DNA of 64,000 nt from Candidatus Magasanikiibacteriota bacterium. Lineage in GTDB: Bacteria > Patescibacteriota > Patescibacteriia > Magasanikbacterales > GWA2-37-8. Of the stretch, positions 47,234 through 58,000 are shown piece after piece. Below the pieces are notes generated by a model. The model searched no databases. It was not told the DNA's origin and saw nothing but the letters and a program-made list of their open reading frames with translations. How positions within the stretch are numbered: position 1 is the first letter of the stretch; every line of letters starts with the position of its first letter. The position numbers were made by a program, and so were the translations under genes. The DNA is taken from assembly GCA_963802255.1 (NCBI GenBank), contig CAWDHY010000002.1, positions 83,984-147,983 of the forward strand. Reading direction: 5' to 3'.

Positions 47234-49720
47234 TTAGATCACTATGCTGACCAGTTTTCCTTTTACATAAATTACTTTCTTCGGTTCTCTTCCGTTAAGC
47301 CATTTTTGCACCTTTTCACTTGTCAGAGCCAAATCTTTGGCTTCCGATTCAGATATTTCCGCCGAAACTTCCAAAGTATCACGCAATTTGCCATTAACCT
47401 GTACAGCCAGAGTAATTTCAGAATCTTTTGCCAATTTTTCATCGTATTCCGGCCATTTTTCCAGAGCCAAACAGGATTTACAACCAAGCGTCTGCCAAAT
47501 TTCTTCACACATATGCGGGGCAAAAGGCGATAATATTAAAATCAGCAAACCATAATATTCACCGCTTATTTTTTCTTCCTTTGATATTTCATTTATCAGC
47601 TCCATCATCTTCGCAATCGCGGTATTAAAGCGTAGTGACTCAACATTGTGCGTTACTTTTTTGATAGTTTGATGCATTATCCGTGTCATTCTTTCCGGCA
47701 CCGTATATTCAGAATCAATTTTTTCCTGTAAATGCCAGATACGCTCCAGAAATCTGCGGACACCTTTAACCCCATTAGTGTCCCAGGGCTTATCCGCTTC
47801 AAGTGGCCCCATGAACATCTCATAACAGCGCATTGTATCAGCGCCAAATTCTTCAACCACATCTGTCGGATTTATCACATTACCCCAGCGTTTACTCATT
47901 TTATGATTATCTTCGCCCAAAATCATACCTTGATGGCGATGCTTCAAAAACGGTTCGTCAAAATCAATATAACCGGCGTCAAATAATACTTTTGTAAAAA
48001 ATCGGGCATACAAAAGATGGCTGTTAACATGTTCCGGACCACCCAAATAAAAATCCACGGGCATCCATGTTTTAAGGGATTCAGCGGAAGCAAATGCTTT
48101 GTCATTATGCGGGTCAAGATAGCGATAAAAATACCAGCTGGAACACATAAAAGTGTCCAGTGTATCCGGTTCACGATGCCAGCCTTTACCATATTTTTTC
48201 TCAACGCCCTTGTTAAAACTTTTTGAATAATTTAAAGGCGATTCACCGGTTGGCTTAAAATCAACATCATCGGGTAAAATTACCGGTAAATCTTCTTCCG
48301 GCACCGGATGTAATTCATTTTTATCGTCATAAAGAACCGGAATTGGCGCGCCCCAAAATCGCTGACGTGAAACAGACCAGTCGCGGAGTTTGTATTGGAT
48401 TTTTCGTTTTCCCTTCCCCTCTTTTTCCAGCCAATCAATAATTTTTTTTGATGCCTCTTTGGTAGATAGACCGTTTATGAAACCAGAATTAATTGAGACG
48501 CCTTCGCCGGTAAAACATTTTTTTTCAGCGCCCTCCTGGATTCCCGCCTGCGCGGGAATGACAACTTCTGTAATCTCCAAACCATATTTTTTGGCAAACT
48601 CAAAATCACGCTCATCATGAGCCGGAACGGCCATAATAGCACCAAAGCCATAAGAAGCCAAAACATAGTCGGCGATAAAAACCGAAACTTCTTCATTGTT
48701 GACTGGATTAATAGCCTTAACACCTTTCAGCTCTACGCCGGTCTTATCTTTTTGTGTCTGACGATCAAGGTCGGTTTTTAATTTTGTTTCGTTTATATAT
48801 TTTTCAACTTCATCCCAGTTTTGAATCTTATCTTTCAATTTATCTAACAACTTATGCTCTGGCGCTAAAACCATAAAAGTAGCGCCAAACAAAGTATCCG
48901 GACGGGTGGTAAAAACTTCAATTGTCATCCCCGACCCGGTCGGGGATCCAGAGGGTGACTGGATTCCCGCCGGAGCCTGCCCTCGACTACGATCGGGGGC
49001 GGGAATGACATTAAACGAAACCTCAGCGCCTTCACTGCGCCCGATCCAATCCTTCTGCCGTTTCTTTGTTTCTTCCGGCCAATCCAGTTTATCCAAATCA
49101 TTTATCAGCCGGTCGGCATAATCGGTAATTTTTAAATACCACTGTTCCATTTCGCGCTGTTCAACAATAGTTTCGCAACGCTCACACTTGCCATCTGTGG
49201 TCACTTGCTCATTGGCAAGAACCGTCTTGCATGAATCACACCAATTTACAGACTGTTTTTTTCGGTAGGCCAAACCGCGTTTGTAAAACAAAAGAAAAAA
49301 CCATTGCGTCCATTTATAATAATCCGGATTATGAGAACCGACTTCCCTACCCCAGTCGGCTGAAACTCCGAGCACCTTTATCTGCCGTCTAAACATATCT
49401 ATCGCCTGGTCGGTGCTTTTTCGTGGGTGAACATTAGTTTTAATCGCATAATTTTCCGCCGGCAAACCAAAAGCATCCCAGCCAATCACCTGCAAGACTT
49501 TTTTACCCGTCATACGCTTATAGCGGGCAAAAATATCACAAGCAGTATAAACTTCGGCATGGCCGACATGCAGGCCCGAGCCGGACGGATACGGCAACTG
49601 TGGCAAAATGTAATATTTATCGCCGCGCGAGGCGTCAATTGGCGTTTGGAAGATTTTTTCTTTTTCCCAGCGTTTCTGCCATTTTTTTTCAATTTTCGCC
49701 GGATTGTATGAATTGCCCAT
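47234..49720 (-). CDS. leuS: Leucine--tRNA ligase, carrying two in-frame repeat-derived insertions
   Basis: MGNSYNPAKIEKKWQKRWEKEKIFQ...PYPSGSGLHVGHAEVY...KMSKRWGN. The odd PAPDRSRGQAPAGIQSPSGSPTGSGMT and VIPAQAGIQEG segments correspond to palindromic DNA repeats. Confidence 0.95.
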   Translation of the reverse strand: MGNSYNPAKIEKKWQKRWEKEKIFQTPIDASRGDKYYILPQLPYPSGSGLHVGHAEVYTACDIFARYKRMTGKKVLQVIGWDAFGLPAENYAIKTNVHPRKSTDQAIDMFRRQIKVLGVSADWGREVGSHNPDYYKWTQWFFLLFYKRGLAYRKKQSVNWCDSCKTVLANEQVTTDGKCERCETIVEQREMEQWYLKITDYADRLINDLDKLDWPEETKKRQKDWIGRSEGAEVSFNVIPAPDRSRGQAPAGIQSPSGSPTGSGMTIEVFTTRPDTLFGATFMVLAPEHKLLDKLKDKIQNWDEVEKYINETKLKTDLDRQTQKDKTGVELKGVKAINPVNNEEVSVFIADYVLASYGFGAIMAVPAHDERDFEFAKKYGLEITEVVIPAQAGIQEGAEKKCFTGEGVSINSGFINGLSTKEASKKIIDWLEKEGKGKRKIQYKLRDWSVSRQRFWGAPIPVLYDDKNELHPVPEEDLPVILPDDVDFKPTGESPLNYSKSFNKGVEKKYGKGWHREPDTLDTFMCSSWYFYRYLDPHNDKAFASAESLKTWMPVDFYLGGPEHVNSHLLYARFFTKVLFDAGYIDFDEPFLKHRHQGMILGEDNHKMSKRWGNVINPTDVVEEFGADTMRCYEMFMGPLEADKPWDTNGVKGVRRFLERIWHLQEKIDSEYTVPERMTRIMHQTIKKVTHNVESLRFNTAIAKMMELINEISKEEKISGEYYGLLILILSPFAPHMCEEIWQTLGCKSCLALEKWPEYDEKLAKDSEITLAVQVNGKLRDTLEVSAEISESEAKDLALTSEKVQKWLNGREPKKVIYVKGKLVSIVI
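48538..48563. repeat. Partial palindromic repeat (one TGTCATTCCC terminus plus the ATTCCCGC/GCGGGAAT palindrome) in-frame in leuS
   Basis: ggattcccgcctgcgcgggaatgaca. Encodes VIPAQAGIQ on the coding strand. Confidence 0.5.
48923..49010. repeat. MITE-like 88-bp palindromic element with TGTCATYCC/GGRATGACA termini, inserted in-frame in leuS
   Basis: tgtcatccccgacccggtcggggatcc...ggattcccgccggagcctgccctcgactacgatcgggggcgggaatgaca. Contains two internal sub-palindromes. Encodes a segment of about 27 aa where E. coli LeuS has about 7 aa. Confidence 0.6.
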
Positions 49721-49776
49721 AAATCGAATTAGTGCTTAATATTATAGAAAAAATGCGGGTAAAAGTAAAGATGACA

Positions 49777-49813
49777 ATAAAAAACCCGCCAGAGGTCAAG
49801 CGACATGGCGGGT
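49777..49813 (-). terminator. Terminator hairpin within the 3' flank conserved between the two DUF1566-like genes
   Basis: ACCCGCCA...TGGCGGGT stem with a T-run on the minus transcript. Near-identical copy at 63223..63259. Confidence 0.6.
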
Positions 49814-49895
49814 AAATGAACGAATGTAGATTAAAGAGCGGATGTTGAGGCAGGGCTATATTTTCCCTCATGAATATGAGGGATGGCGACGGTTC

Positions 49896-51329
49896 TTACA
49901 GATCGCGGACGCAGCGGATGTAATACGATTCATACTCGATATCCCAGCACTGTTCGCTCACAGAACTGAATTCGAGGGACAGATAGCCGTCGGTGCAACT
50001 ATCCGAAGACCAGTAAAAATATTCGCAACTGCCGCCCATGGCCGGTGACCAGTAACAACCACCTGCACCAGGGCCCTCTCCCGATTCGCACGGGGGATCG
50101 TCGCAACCAGTAACGAGCTGGTACAGCTCAGAAAGAGCCGGCATCCTCCAGTCGTCATGACCACCGAGCAACAAGGTGTCGGCGCAATAGGTCTGAACAG
50201 CGGCCCAGGTGTAAGTTCCGTCAGGAGGCGTCAACTGCCACCCCAAGCCGTTCACCGAATCGATGTACATACCCGCTCCGACGGATGCGTCGTAGGGGGC
50301 TTCGTCCTCACAGGGCGCAGTCGGAACGGTGCAGTCGGCGGTGTTGGCGACGTCGTCGCCGTTAGCATCATTCGGGACGCCATCACCGTCGATATCGTCA
50401 TCCAATGCATTCGGCGTACCATCGCCGTCCATGTCGGCCGCCTGGTTAGCATCAGGCAAATCCGTTTCTTCGCCGGTCTTGCTCTCCAAGTAGTCGGCCA
50501 GATTCTGCACACAGTCAGCGATGGGATCCAGGGCGGCTTCGCCGTTTCTGAGGTACTGCTTGTATTCGGCGCTGATCACACCACTGGTCTGAAGTTGGCT
50601 TCTGATATCGTTGACAAGCTCCTGAAGCCGGGCATCGACTTCGTTGACATCGGCCGCTCTCAATTCAGCTGCCTTGCCAATGATGCAGCTGACCGCCATG
50701 ATGTACTGGTTGTCAGGGCTATCGACGCCGGTCAGATCCATTTCAGTGCCGTGTCCTACTAGGCCCCCAAGCGGGTGTTGAATGCCGAGTTCCTCGAACA
50801 AAGCGTCCTCGGACGCGGCGACCGCTTCGGCTACCACGGTGTAGGTGCCTTCGCGGAAGTCCTTTAGAGCGAGACCGGACGACATGTGAGTGAAGACGTT
50901 GAGATACGCCTCCTGCGGGTCGCCACCGATGATCTCGTAAAGAGCCCGCAGAGTGATGGGTGCGCCGGACAAACTGTCAGTGATCTCGTTGTAGTAAAAA
51001 CCTTCACCGATGAGTTCACACGGACCGGATGTCGCCGCCACCACATTGAACGCGCCAAGCTCGTCTTCGGTGGTCGTGGCGTAGTTGTCACCGGTCGGAG
51101 CACCAGCAGAGTCGAGCATGGAGACAGTCAGTGAGCTCCCCTGAATGAGGGGCCCCTTCTGCATGGCTCCGGTCAAAGTGACGGAGCCGGAATTGTTGTT
51201 GTCTCCATTTCCACCATTGTCATCATCACAGGAAACGCTCAACATGGCGAGACACGCCAACATCGCGAACAAATACTTCAACATTTTTCTACCTCGCTTG
51301 CGGGTTTTTGTAACCCGTTGGTTTACCAA
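49896..51329 (-). CDS. High-GC lipoprotein with thrombospondin type-3-like Ca-binding repeats and a C-terminal DUF1566-like (CLec-fold) domain
   Basis: Signal peptide plus lipobox (LSVSC). DMDGDGTPNALDDDIDGDGVPNDANGDD repeats. GHDDWRMPALSELYQLV and a terminal ...YYIRCVRDL resemble the DUF1566/Lcl-like domain. GC about 58% against about 40% elsewhere. Confidence 0.6.
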   Translation of the reverse strand: MVNQRVTKTRKRGRKMLKYLFAMLACLAMLSVSCDDDNGGNGDNNNSGSVTLTGAMQKGPLIQGSSLTVSMLDSAGAPTGDNYATTTEDELGAFNVVAATSGPCELIGEGFYYNEITDSLSGAPITLRALYEIIGGDPQEAYLNVFTHMSSGLALKDFREGTYTVVAEAVAASEDALFEELGIQHPLGGLVGHGTEMDLTGVDSPDNQYIMAVSCIIGKAAELRAADVNEVDARLQELVNDIRSQLQTSGVISAEYKQYLRNGEAALDPIADCVQNLADYLESKTGEETDLPDANQAADMDGDGTPNALDDDIDGDGVPNDANGDDVANTADCTVPTAPCEDEAPYDASVGAGMYIDSVNGLGWQLTPPDGTYTWAAVQTYCADTLLLGGHDDWRMPALSELYQLVTGCDDPPCESGEGPGAGGCYWSPAMGGSCEYFYWSSDSCTDGYLSLEFSSVSEQCWDIEYESYYIRCVRDL

Positions 51330-51396
51330 ACTCTATGAAAAAGTTTGGTTTTTGTTTTTTGCCTCAATCTTATTATATTGTAAAGGACGAACTAGT

Positions 51397-51489
51397 TGTC
51401 ATCCTGAATAAAATGAAAAATCTGTAATCTGTGATCCCGCATTCGCGTGAATGACAAGTAAAAAGATTCTTCGCTTTGTCCAGAATGTC
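51397..51489. repeat. Intergenic cluster of MITE-like repeat copies (one element with TGTCATCC...GAATGACA termini plus a degenerate family-A arm)
   Basis: tgtcatcctgaataaaatg...gatcccgcattcgcgtgaatgaca, then agattcttcgctttgtccagaatgtca. Confidence 0.45.
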
Positions 51490-51632
51490 AAGTATTTATG
51501 GAACTAATTCATCAATTCTATTAACTAACGATTGTACCAATTGTCACAATATAAAACGGATGAACTACTTATAATATACCTCTTTTATGGCTTTTGTCAA
51601 GAGTGTAACCCAATATTTCATCATATCTTAGC

Positions 51633-51657
51633 CAAAAACGCTCCGTAAATACGGAGC
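51633..51657 (-). terminator. Terminator of the giant surface-protein gene
   Basis: GCTCCGTA-AAT-ACGGAGC hairpin overlapping the TAG stop, with a T-run on the minus transcript. Confidence 0.6.
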
Positions 51658-54600
51658 GCTAATCGATCGCTGGCGGTGTTTCAGCTGGAGGAGTTTCAGG
51701 AGCGGGTTCAGGTGGCGGTGTTTCAGCTGGAGGAGTTTCAGGAGCGGGTTCAGGTGGCGGTGTTTCAATTACTGGTTCAACAACCGGTTCCGTTTCTTCC
51801 GGTTCAATAATTGGTTCATCGACCACCGGATCGGATGGTTCCGGATCATCTGAAGGAGAAAGAGGAGCCGTCACTCCACCATCTCCTCCAGTTGATTCCG
51901 GTATCGTTACCGGAATATCTGAACTAACTAAATCATTACTTATTTTACGTTTGGCGATCACCATCCAGTCAAACGATGCATTTGATGTACCGCCGTCTAA
52001 CTCTTTCACTTTAAAACCTTGTGCCGTCTTTTCAATCACCGCTACACCTTTTGCTTCAATGGAAGTCAAAGTAACACTGACTTTTATCGGAGCAGATTCA
52101 TCAATAATTTCCTGTGTGTCCGTGGCAAAAGTAATTATTGCTTCACCCATCTCTAAGACACCAGCTCCAGAAAGCGTAATCTCAGCCAATTCTGATGCCA
52201 TGCCATAAATATTTTTTTCACCCTGGCTGGTCGTCACTCTTGCGATAAGCAAACCATTTTCATCAATAGACCAGCTGTTATTTTTACCAATAATTTTTAA
52301 AACATTTAATATCGCATTTCCGGCTAAATCTAAAGCTCCGGTACCGGAATATGAAATAGTTCCTCCGCTCGCGCCAACACTTAAATCACCCGGATCAGTA
52401 CCAATATCAATACCTGTTTCAGCGGCAATAATCTGCACCTGTTGTTCCAGTTTTGCCGCTGCTTCTGTCTTGTTGTATACCCAACCCGTACGAATTAAGG
52501 TAATAATTTTTCCATCTGTAGAAACACCGGAATTTTCAAGCGCGATACCAATAATACCCACAACTTTTCGTGAATTGTCCACTTTTGGATCATATTTCAT
52601 CGCCTTTCCCGGTTCTGAAGCGGATACGAGCAAATCACCGCGCGATATTTCTCCATTTTCTAGAGAATATTTAACCGGCACCCGTCCAACCATTGCGAGC
52701 GGAGCTGTCTGGTCTGTTTTTCCATTGCCCACGATAATAGTTGGATTGGTTGAAATAACACCGGCCACTGTCGGCTCATAAGCAATGTTTGATTTTTGAT
52801 ATCTGTCCGCAGATGTCGGGTCTACCATCATCACATCACCGGCTTCAACTATTTCAGCCGGATTAATATCCACTTTTTCCGCCAAATCTCCAGGATTAGT
52901 GGAAGTACCAAGCACTGCGGATGCGGCATACATATTTCCGGCGCTGTGGACATCGCCATTTGCTGATACTGAAAAGACAGGATTGTTATTTGAGCGGAGA
53001 GATAAAATATAATTATCAGCCGTTGAAGTGTTAAAATTCAAAGCGTTGAAGATGAATGCGCGGGTGCCGGGGGTCGAGATGACTGAAGATTCAAAGATGG
53101 TGGAGGTAGAGAAAGAAAGCTTGTGGCCGGAAACAGCGCTCTCGGCTGTGGCCAGGAAATTAACATCACCGGTCAGATTGAGAGTATATGGTTCGGAGGC
53201 GGAACCGATGGTGAGCGACTGAGTTGAGGTAACGACATCAAAAGCCGTGTCCAGAGGTTCAATTATGTTTTGCTGGGCTTTAGCGACTTCGGTGAGGAAA
53301 CCGACATAATGGTCGTAATCTAAAGTAAGATACGGGTGCTCTTCATCACCTGATTGAGTAACTAGCTCGGGTAATACAGCTTGAACTTCCTGAGCAATCA
53401 TACCAACTTGACGCGATGTCGTCGCCGATTCATAACCCGGCTTGGAAGTGTCCCAGAAATAATATACACCGCGCAAACTCTTTAAAGCTTCGAGTACATC
53501 AAGAGAACCGGAAATGTCAGTAACATCCGTCTTAACCTCCTCGTCGGAATTTGTACAAGTAGTACCTGAGTAGAGCAAGCCGGCAGTACTAATACAAATA
53601 TAGTAGGCATTGGCTTTCTCTTTCCAATAGTATACATCGGCATTAATGTTACCAAGATAAATATCGTAAGTTGTTGATGCAACTGCATTACCCCCAATAG
53701 CAGTAGAGTATAAAGCATTTGCAGAGGTGTTATACCCAAGTGCTAAAGTATAGTTCGCGTTTGCATCAGAATCATAACCAACTGCAATAGCGTCGATTCC
53801 ATTCGCATAAGCGGCGTACCCTAACGCCAACGAATTGAGCCCCAGCGCACTGGCGCCATTACCGATCGCCGTGGCGTAGTCATCATCCACTTGAGCATCC
53901 GTACCTACTGCGGTAGCACCATTAACCTCTATACCAGTATCAACACTATACCCGATTAATACATTATTATCGGTTGAGGTTACATGGCTACCGACGCCAG
54001 TACCAATGGCAACGTTATATGCACCGCTATCATTATTTAATATTGCATCAGCACCTAAGGCGATATTGCCCGTCGCCAAGGAACCATATCTCATTGCCCT
54101 CGCTCCAATCAAAGTATTTGAAGTTCCTGTAAGTTCATAACCTGCTTCATTTCCTAGGGCGGTATTATTATTACCAGTTGTATTAGTATACAAAGCACTA
54201 TAACCAATAGCGGTGTTGGCATTGCCGACAGTAATTTGATAACCTGAGCGATAACCCAACGAATTATTTTTCTCGCCTGAACGAAGGTTCGCCATAGCAT
54301 CCATGCCAATGCCTACCGTATTCGCCATCCCAAAGTTCGTATTAGTTAACGCATTACGCCCAATTGCAATATTACCGTCAGTGGACGTGACACCGAATAG
54401 TGCCATGTAACCTATACCGATATTATTATTGCCGCTAATATTCGAAGTCAAAGAGTAGTTCCCCAATGCGACATTGTAATCACCGCTTGTATTTGCGTCC
54501 AACGTTCCATAACCTATAGCGGTGTTTTCCATTCCATTAGTGTTCGACATTAAAGCCGAGCCTCCGACAGCGGTGCTCATTAACCCCGTAGTATTATCGC

Positions 54601-56299
54601 GAAGCGACCAAAACCCAACAGCTGTGTTAAATAATCCGGTAGTATTAGCATTTAATGAACGATAACCAACTGCGGTATTAGAAGCGGCGGTGTTGTTCTG
54701 CAGGGCTTCATACCCAACTGCCACGTTGGCATAAGAAGACGTGTTGTTCAATAGAGACCTGCCCCCCAACGCTACATTATACGAACCGGTTATATTATCG
54801 CGTAAAGCGGCGCGGCCAAGGGCGGCGTTGTCAGCGCCCGTAGTATTGTAAGGCATGGTGCCATAACCGACAGCGGTATTGCTATCTCCCGTGACTGACG
54901 CTAAAGCCGCGGCTCCAAGAGCGGTATTATAATTGCCCGTAGCAGTAATCATGGCCGAAGCTCCGACGGCAGTATTTGCATTACCAGTGCTATTTAGAGA
55001 AAGCGCTTCAGAACCAAATGCGGAATTGGCGACACCGGTGGTGTTGCCGCGCATGGCTTTGTAACCGACTGCCGCGCTGGAAGTACCGGTGGTGTTGCTG
55101 TACAACGACTCATAACCGACGGCAGTGTTAGAAGCGGCAGTGTTAAACATCAACGCAGAATAACCGATGCCCACATTCCCCCAATTGGTTGTGAGTGTTG
55201 CCAACGCTCCAACACCGACTCCAACGTTTCTTGAGCCACTCGTTAAACCATATAACGAACCTATACCCACATTTTCATTGCCGCTGGTATTAAGATAAAG
55301 TGAATTATAACCAAAAGCAATATTAGAATTGCCGGTAGTATTTGCTGTTAACGCATTTGTACCGACCGCAGTATTCCAGCTCGCGGCGTATCCGGTATTG
55401 CTATACAAAGCTTTGGACCCAACAGCTACATTACCAACTCCTTCATCATTGGCGTATAATGCTTGATAACCAAGCGCGGTATTATTCATTCCTCTGCCTG
55501 ACAGCAAATTCACTTTATTATTATATAATGCTTGATAACCGACGGCGGTTGAAGAAGGACCGACTTCATTAAAAAGCGCTTGATAACCGACTGCGACATT
55601 GGCATTATGGTCAGATGAAGTGCCGATAGCCAAAGCGTTATAGCCCAAAGCAACATTAAAAGAACCATACAAATTACTATAAAGCGCATAATTTCCTAAA
55701 GCAATATTACTACTCCCTGTAATATTTTGAGGAAGCGTAGTGTCGCCTATTGCCGTATTTCCTTGCCCAGTGGTATTGGAATAAAGCGTCGTGTTACCTA
55801 TGGCAGTATTAGCTAAGCCAAGTGTATTTGAATACAATGCTGTATAACCAACTGCAGTATTGTTAAGACCAACGGTATTGGAATATAACGATCGATAACC
55901 AACTGCAACATTTCTTAAGCCCCCCATACCGCCAATTAAAGAATTAAAGCCATAATAATTATTCGCCAGAGCTTCGTAACCTATCGCCGTGTTTGAAGCC
56001 GCAGTATTTGAATACAAAGCGCCATAGCCGATAGCAACATTGGCCGGACTGCTTGTATTCGCGGTTAAAGATTTGTAACCAAAAGCGGTGTTGTAATACC
56101 CGCTTGTATTATTATATGCGGCGCTTACACCAAAAGCCGAATTACCATAACCGCTTGTATTATTCAATAAAGCTAGATAACCACTCGCGGTATTATTACC
56201 CCCAGTCATTGTTAAATTGCCGGAATTACCCACGAAATAATTATTTAGCGAGGTGGAAGCCATGGCAAAATTAACGTTGTTATATTTATAATAGGCCTC

Positions 56300-58000
56300 G
56301 GCCGATATATTTATACTTCCTTTTATGTCTACCTTATTAAGCGGGGTGGTGGTGCCGATGCCAACAAAGTCACCAATGCTGGTCAATCTCACCACCGAAC
56401 CGTCATCAGTCCAGCCACCAGATGTTGATATGGTAGAAGAATTTACCCAAGTCGGAGCAGCGGAAACGCCATTTGACATCAATACGTATCCAGCGGTACC
56501 CGCATCATAATTATTCCCCACTCTGATTGTACCCGTTACTGCCAAACTACCAGCGACAGATAAGTTAAACGCCGGAGTGGTGGTACCGATACCAACATTA
56601 CCACCGTTAAAATAAGAATTACCGTTGGCATTTAAATATATTTTTTCATCTGCATTACTATACATAGATAACAAACCCACTGTTGCGCCACTGGCATTTG
56701 TATGGTGGAGTTTAATAGCAATTCTATTATCATCCGTTCCGCTTAATAATATACCATCACCGCCGCTTGCCGATAAAACATGTAATTTGCTTGCTGGTGT
56801 GGTGGTACCAATGCCGACGTTACCGCCGTTAAAATATGACGCACCGGAACCGGCAACTTTAATATTTTCCGTGACACCTCCATATAATGATAGATAACCG
56901 ATGTTGCCGCTGGCGCCATTATAATACATTTTTGCCGCCACGTTGCTATTTCCGCTCAATAATATGCCATCGTTATCGCTGGTGACATTTACCTGTAATT
57001 TATTTGATGGAGTGGTCGTACCGATACCAACATTGCCACCAGTGAAATATGAATCACCTAAAGCGGTAATTACTGTTCTTGTAGCATTGGCCTCATATAA
57101 ATTCAGGCTACCTGCTGAGTTTACAGCGCTGGAATTTATCCAATTCAACTTGGCAACGAGTTGATCATAGCGCCCACTTAAAAAAATACCGTCATATTGC
57201 GTGTCTGTAAGAACATGTAACTTAGCTGCCGGAGTTGTCGTACCGATACCAACATTGCCACCATTAAAATATGACACACCTGAACCGGCAACTTTAACAT
57301 TTTCCGTGACGCCTCCATATAATGATAGATAACCGATATTGCCACTGGAACCATTATAATACATTTTTGCCGCCACGTTGCTATTTCCGCTCAATAATAT
57401 GCCATCGTTATCGCTAGTAACATTTACCTGTAATTTATTTGATGGGGTGGTCGTGCCGATACCAAAAACACTACTTACAAACGAACTACCTGTTGAACGC
57501 CCGGTCAATCGCACACTCTCAACACTGTTTTCAAAAACACTCATTCCACCAAATTCTAGACCGAGACCGGAATTATAGGAATTGCCTAATACAACATTCG
57601 GCGTGCCAGTTGGACTTAAAAGCACCACTCCATCACTCGCCGCTGCTTGTATCATTAATTTGTATGCCGGAGTTGTCGTACCAATACCAACATTGCCACC
57701 ATTAAAATATGACACACCTGAACCGGCAACTTTAACATTTTCTACGCCGCCTCCATATAATGATAGATAACCGATATTGCCGCTGGCGCCATTAAAATAC
57801 ATTTTTGCCGCCACATTGCTATTTCCGCTCAATAATATGCCATCGTTATCGCTGGTGACATTTACCTGTAATTTATTTGATGGAGTGGTCGTGCCGATAC
57901 CAACGCTATCAGTAATTGTCGTCAATCTCACCACCGTTCCATCATCTGTCCATCCGCCGGCTGAAGCGATTCCTAAAGAAGATGTAGCGATCCAAGTAAA
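56300..58000. repeat. Near-identical tandem repeats of about 400-435 bp inside the giant CDS
   Basis: The antisense ORFs at 56943, 57378 and 57777 begin with the identical peptide MLFPLNNMPSLSLVTFTCNLFDGVVVPIPTLPP. This reflects repeated GGNVGIGTTTP... coding modules on the sense strand. Confidence 0.6.

Noticed and set aside
49780-49856. Conserved about 75-nt 3' flank of the two DUF1566-like genes considered as an integron attC site or a DGR template repeat
   Set aside because: No GTTRRRY core sites or attC-like R/L box arrangement. The two coding C-termini are only about 60-70% similar, not VR/TR-like near-identity with A-specific changes. No reverse transcriptase or integrase gene is in the window. 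Kept only as a hypothesis in the findings.
49896-51329. High-GC segments as contamination or chimeric assembly
   Set aside because: This cannot be excluded from sequence alone. But both high-GC genes are flanked by typical low-GC sequence with plausible terminators and share a 3' flank, which fits genuine integration better. Flagged for read-level checking, not dismissed.
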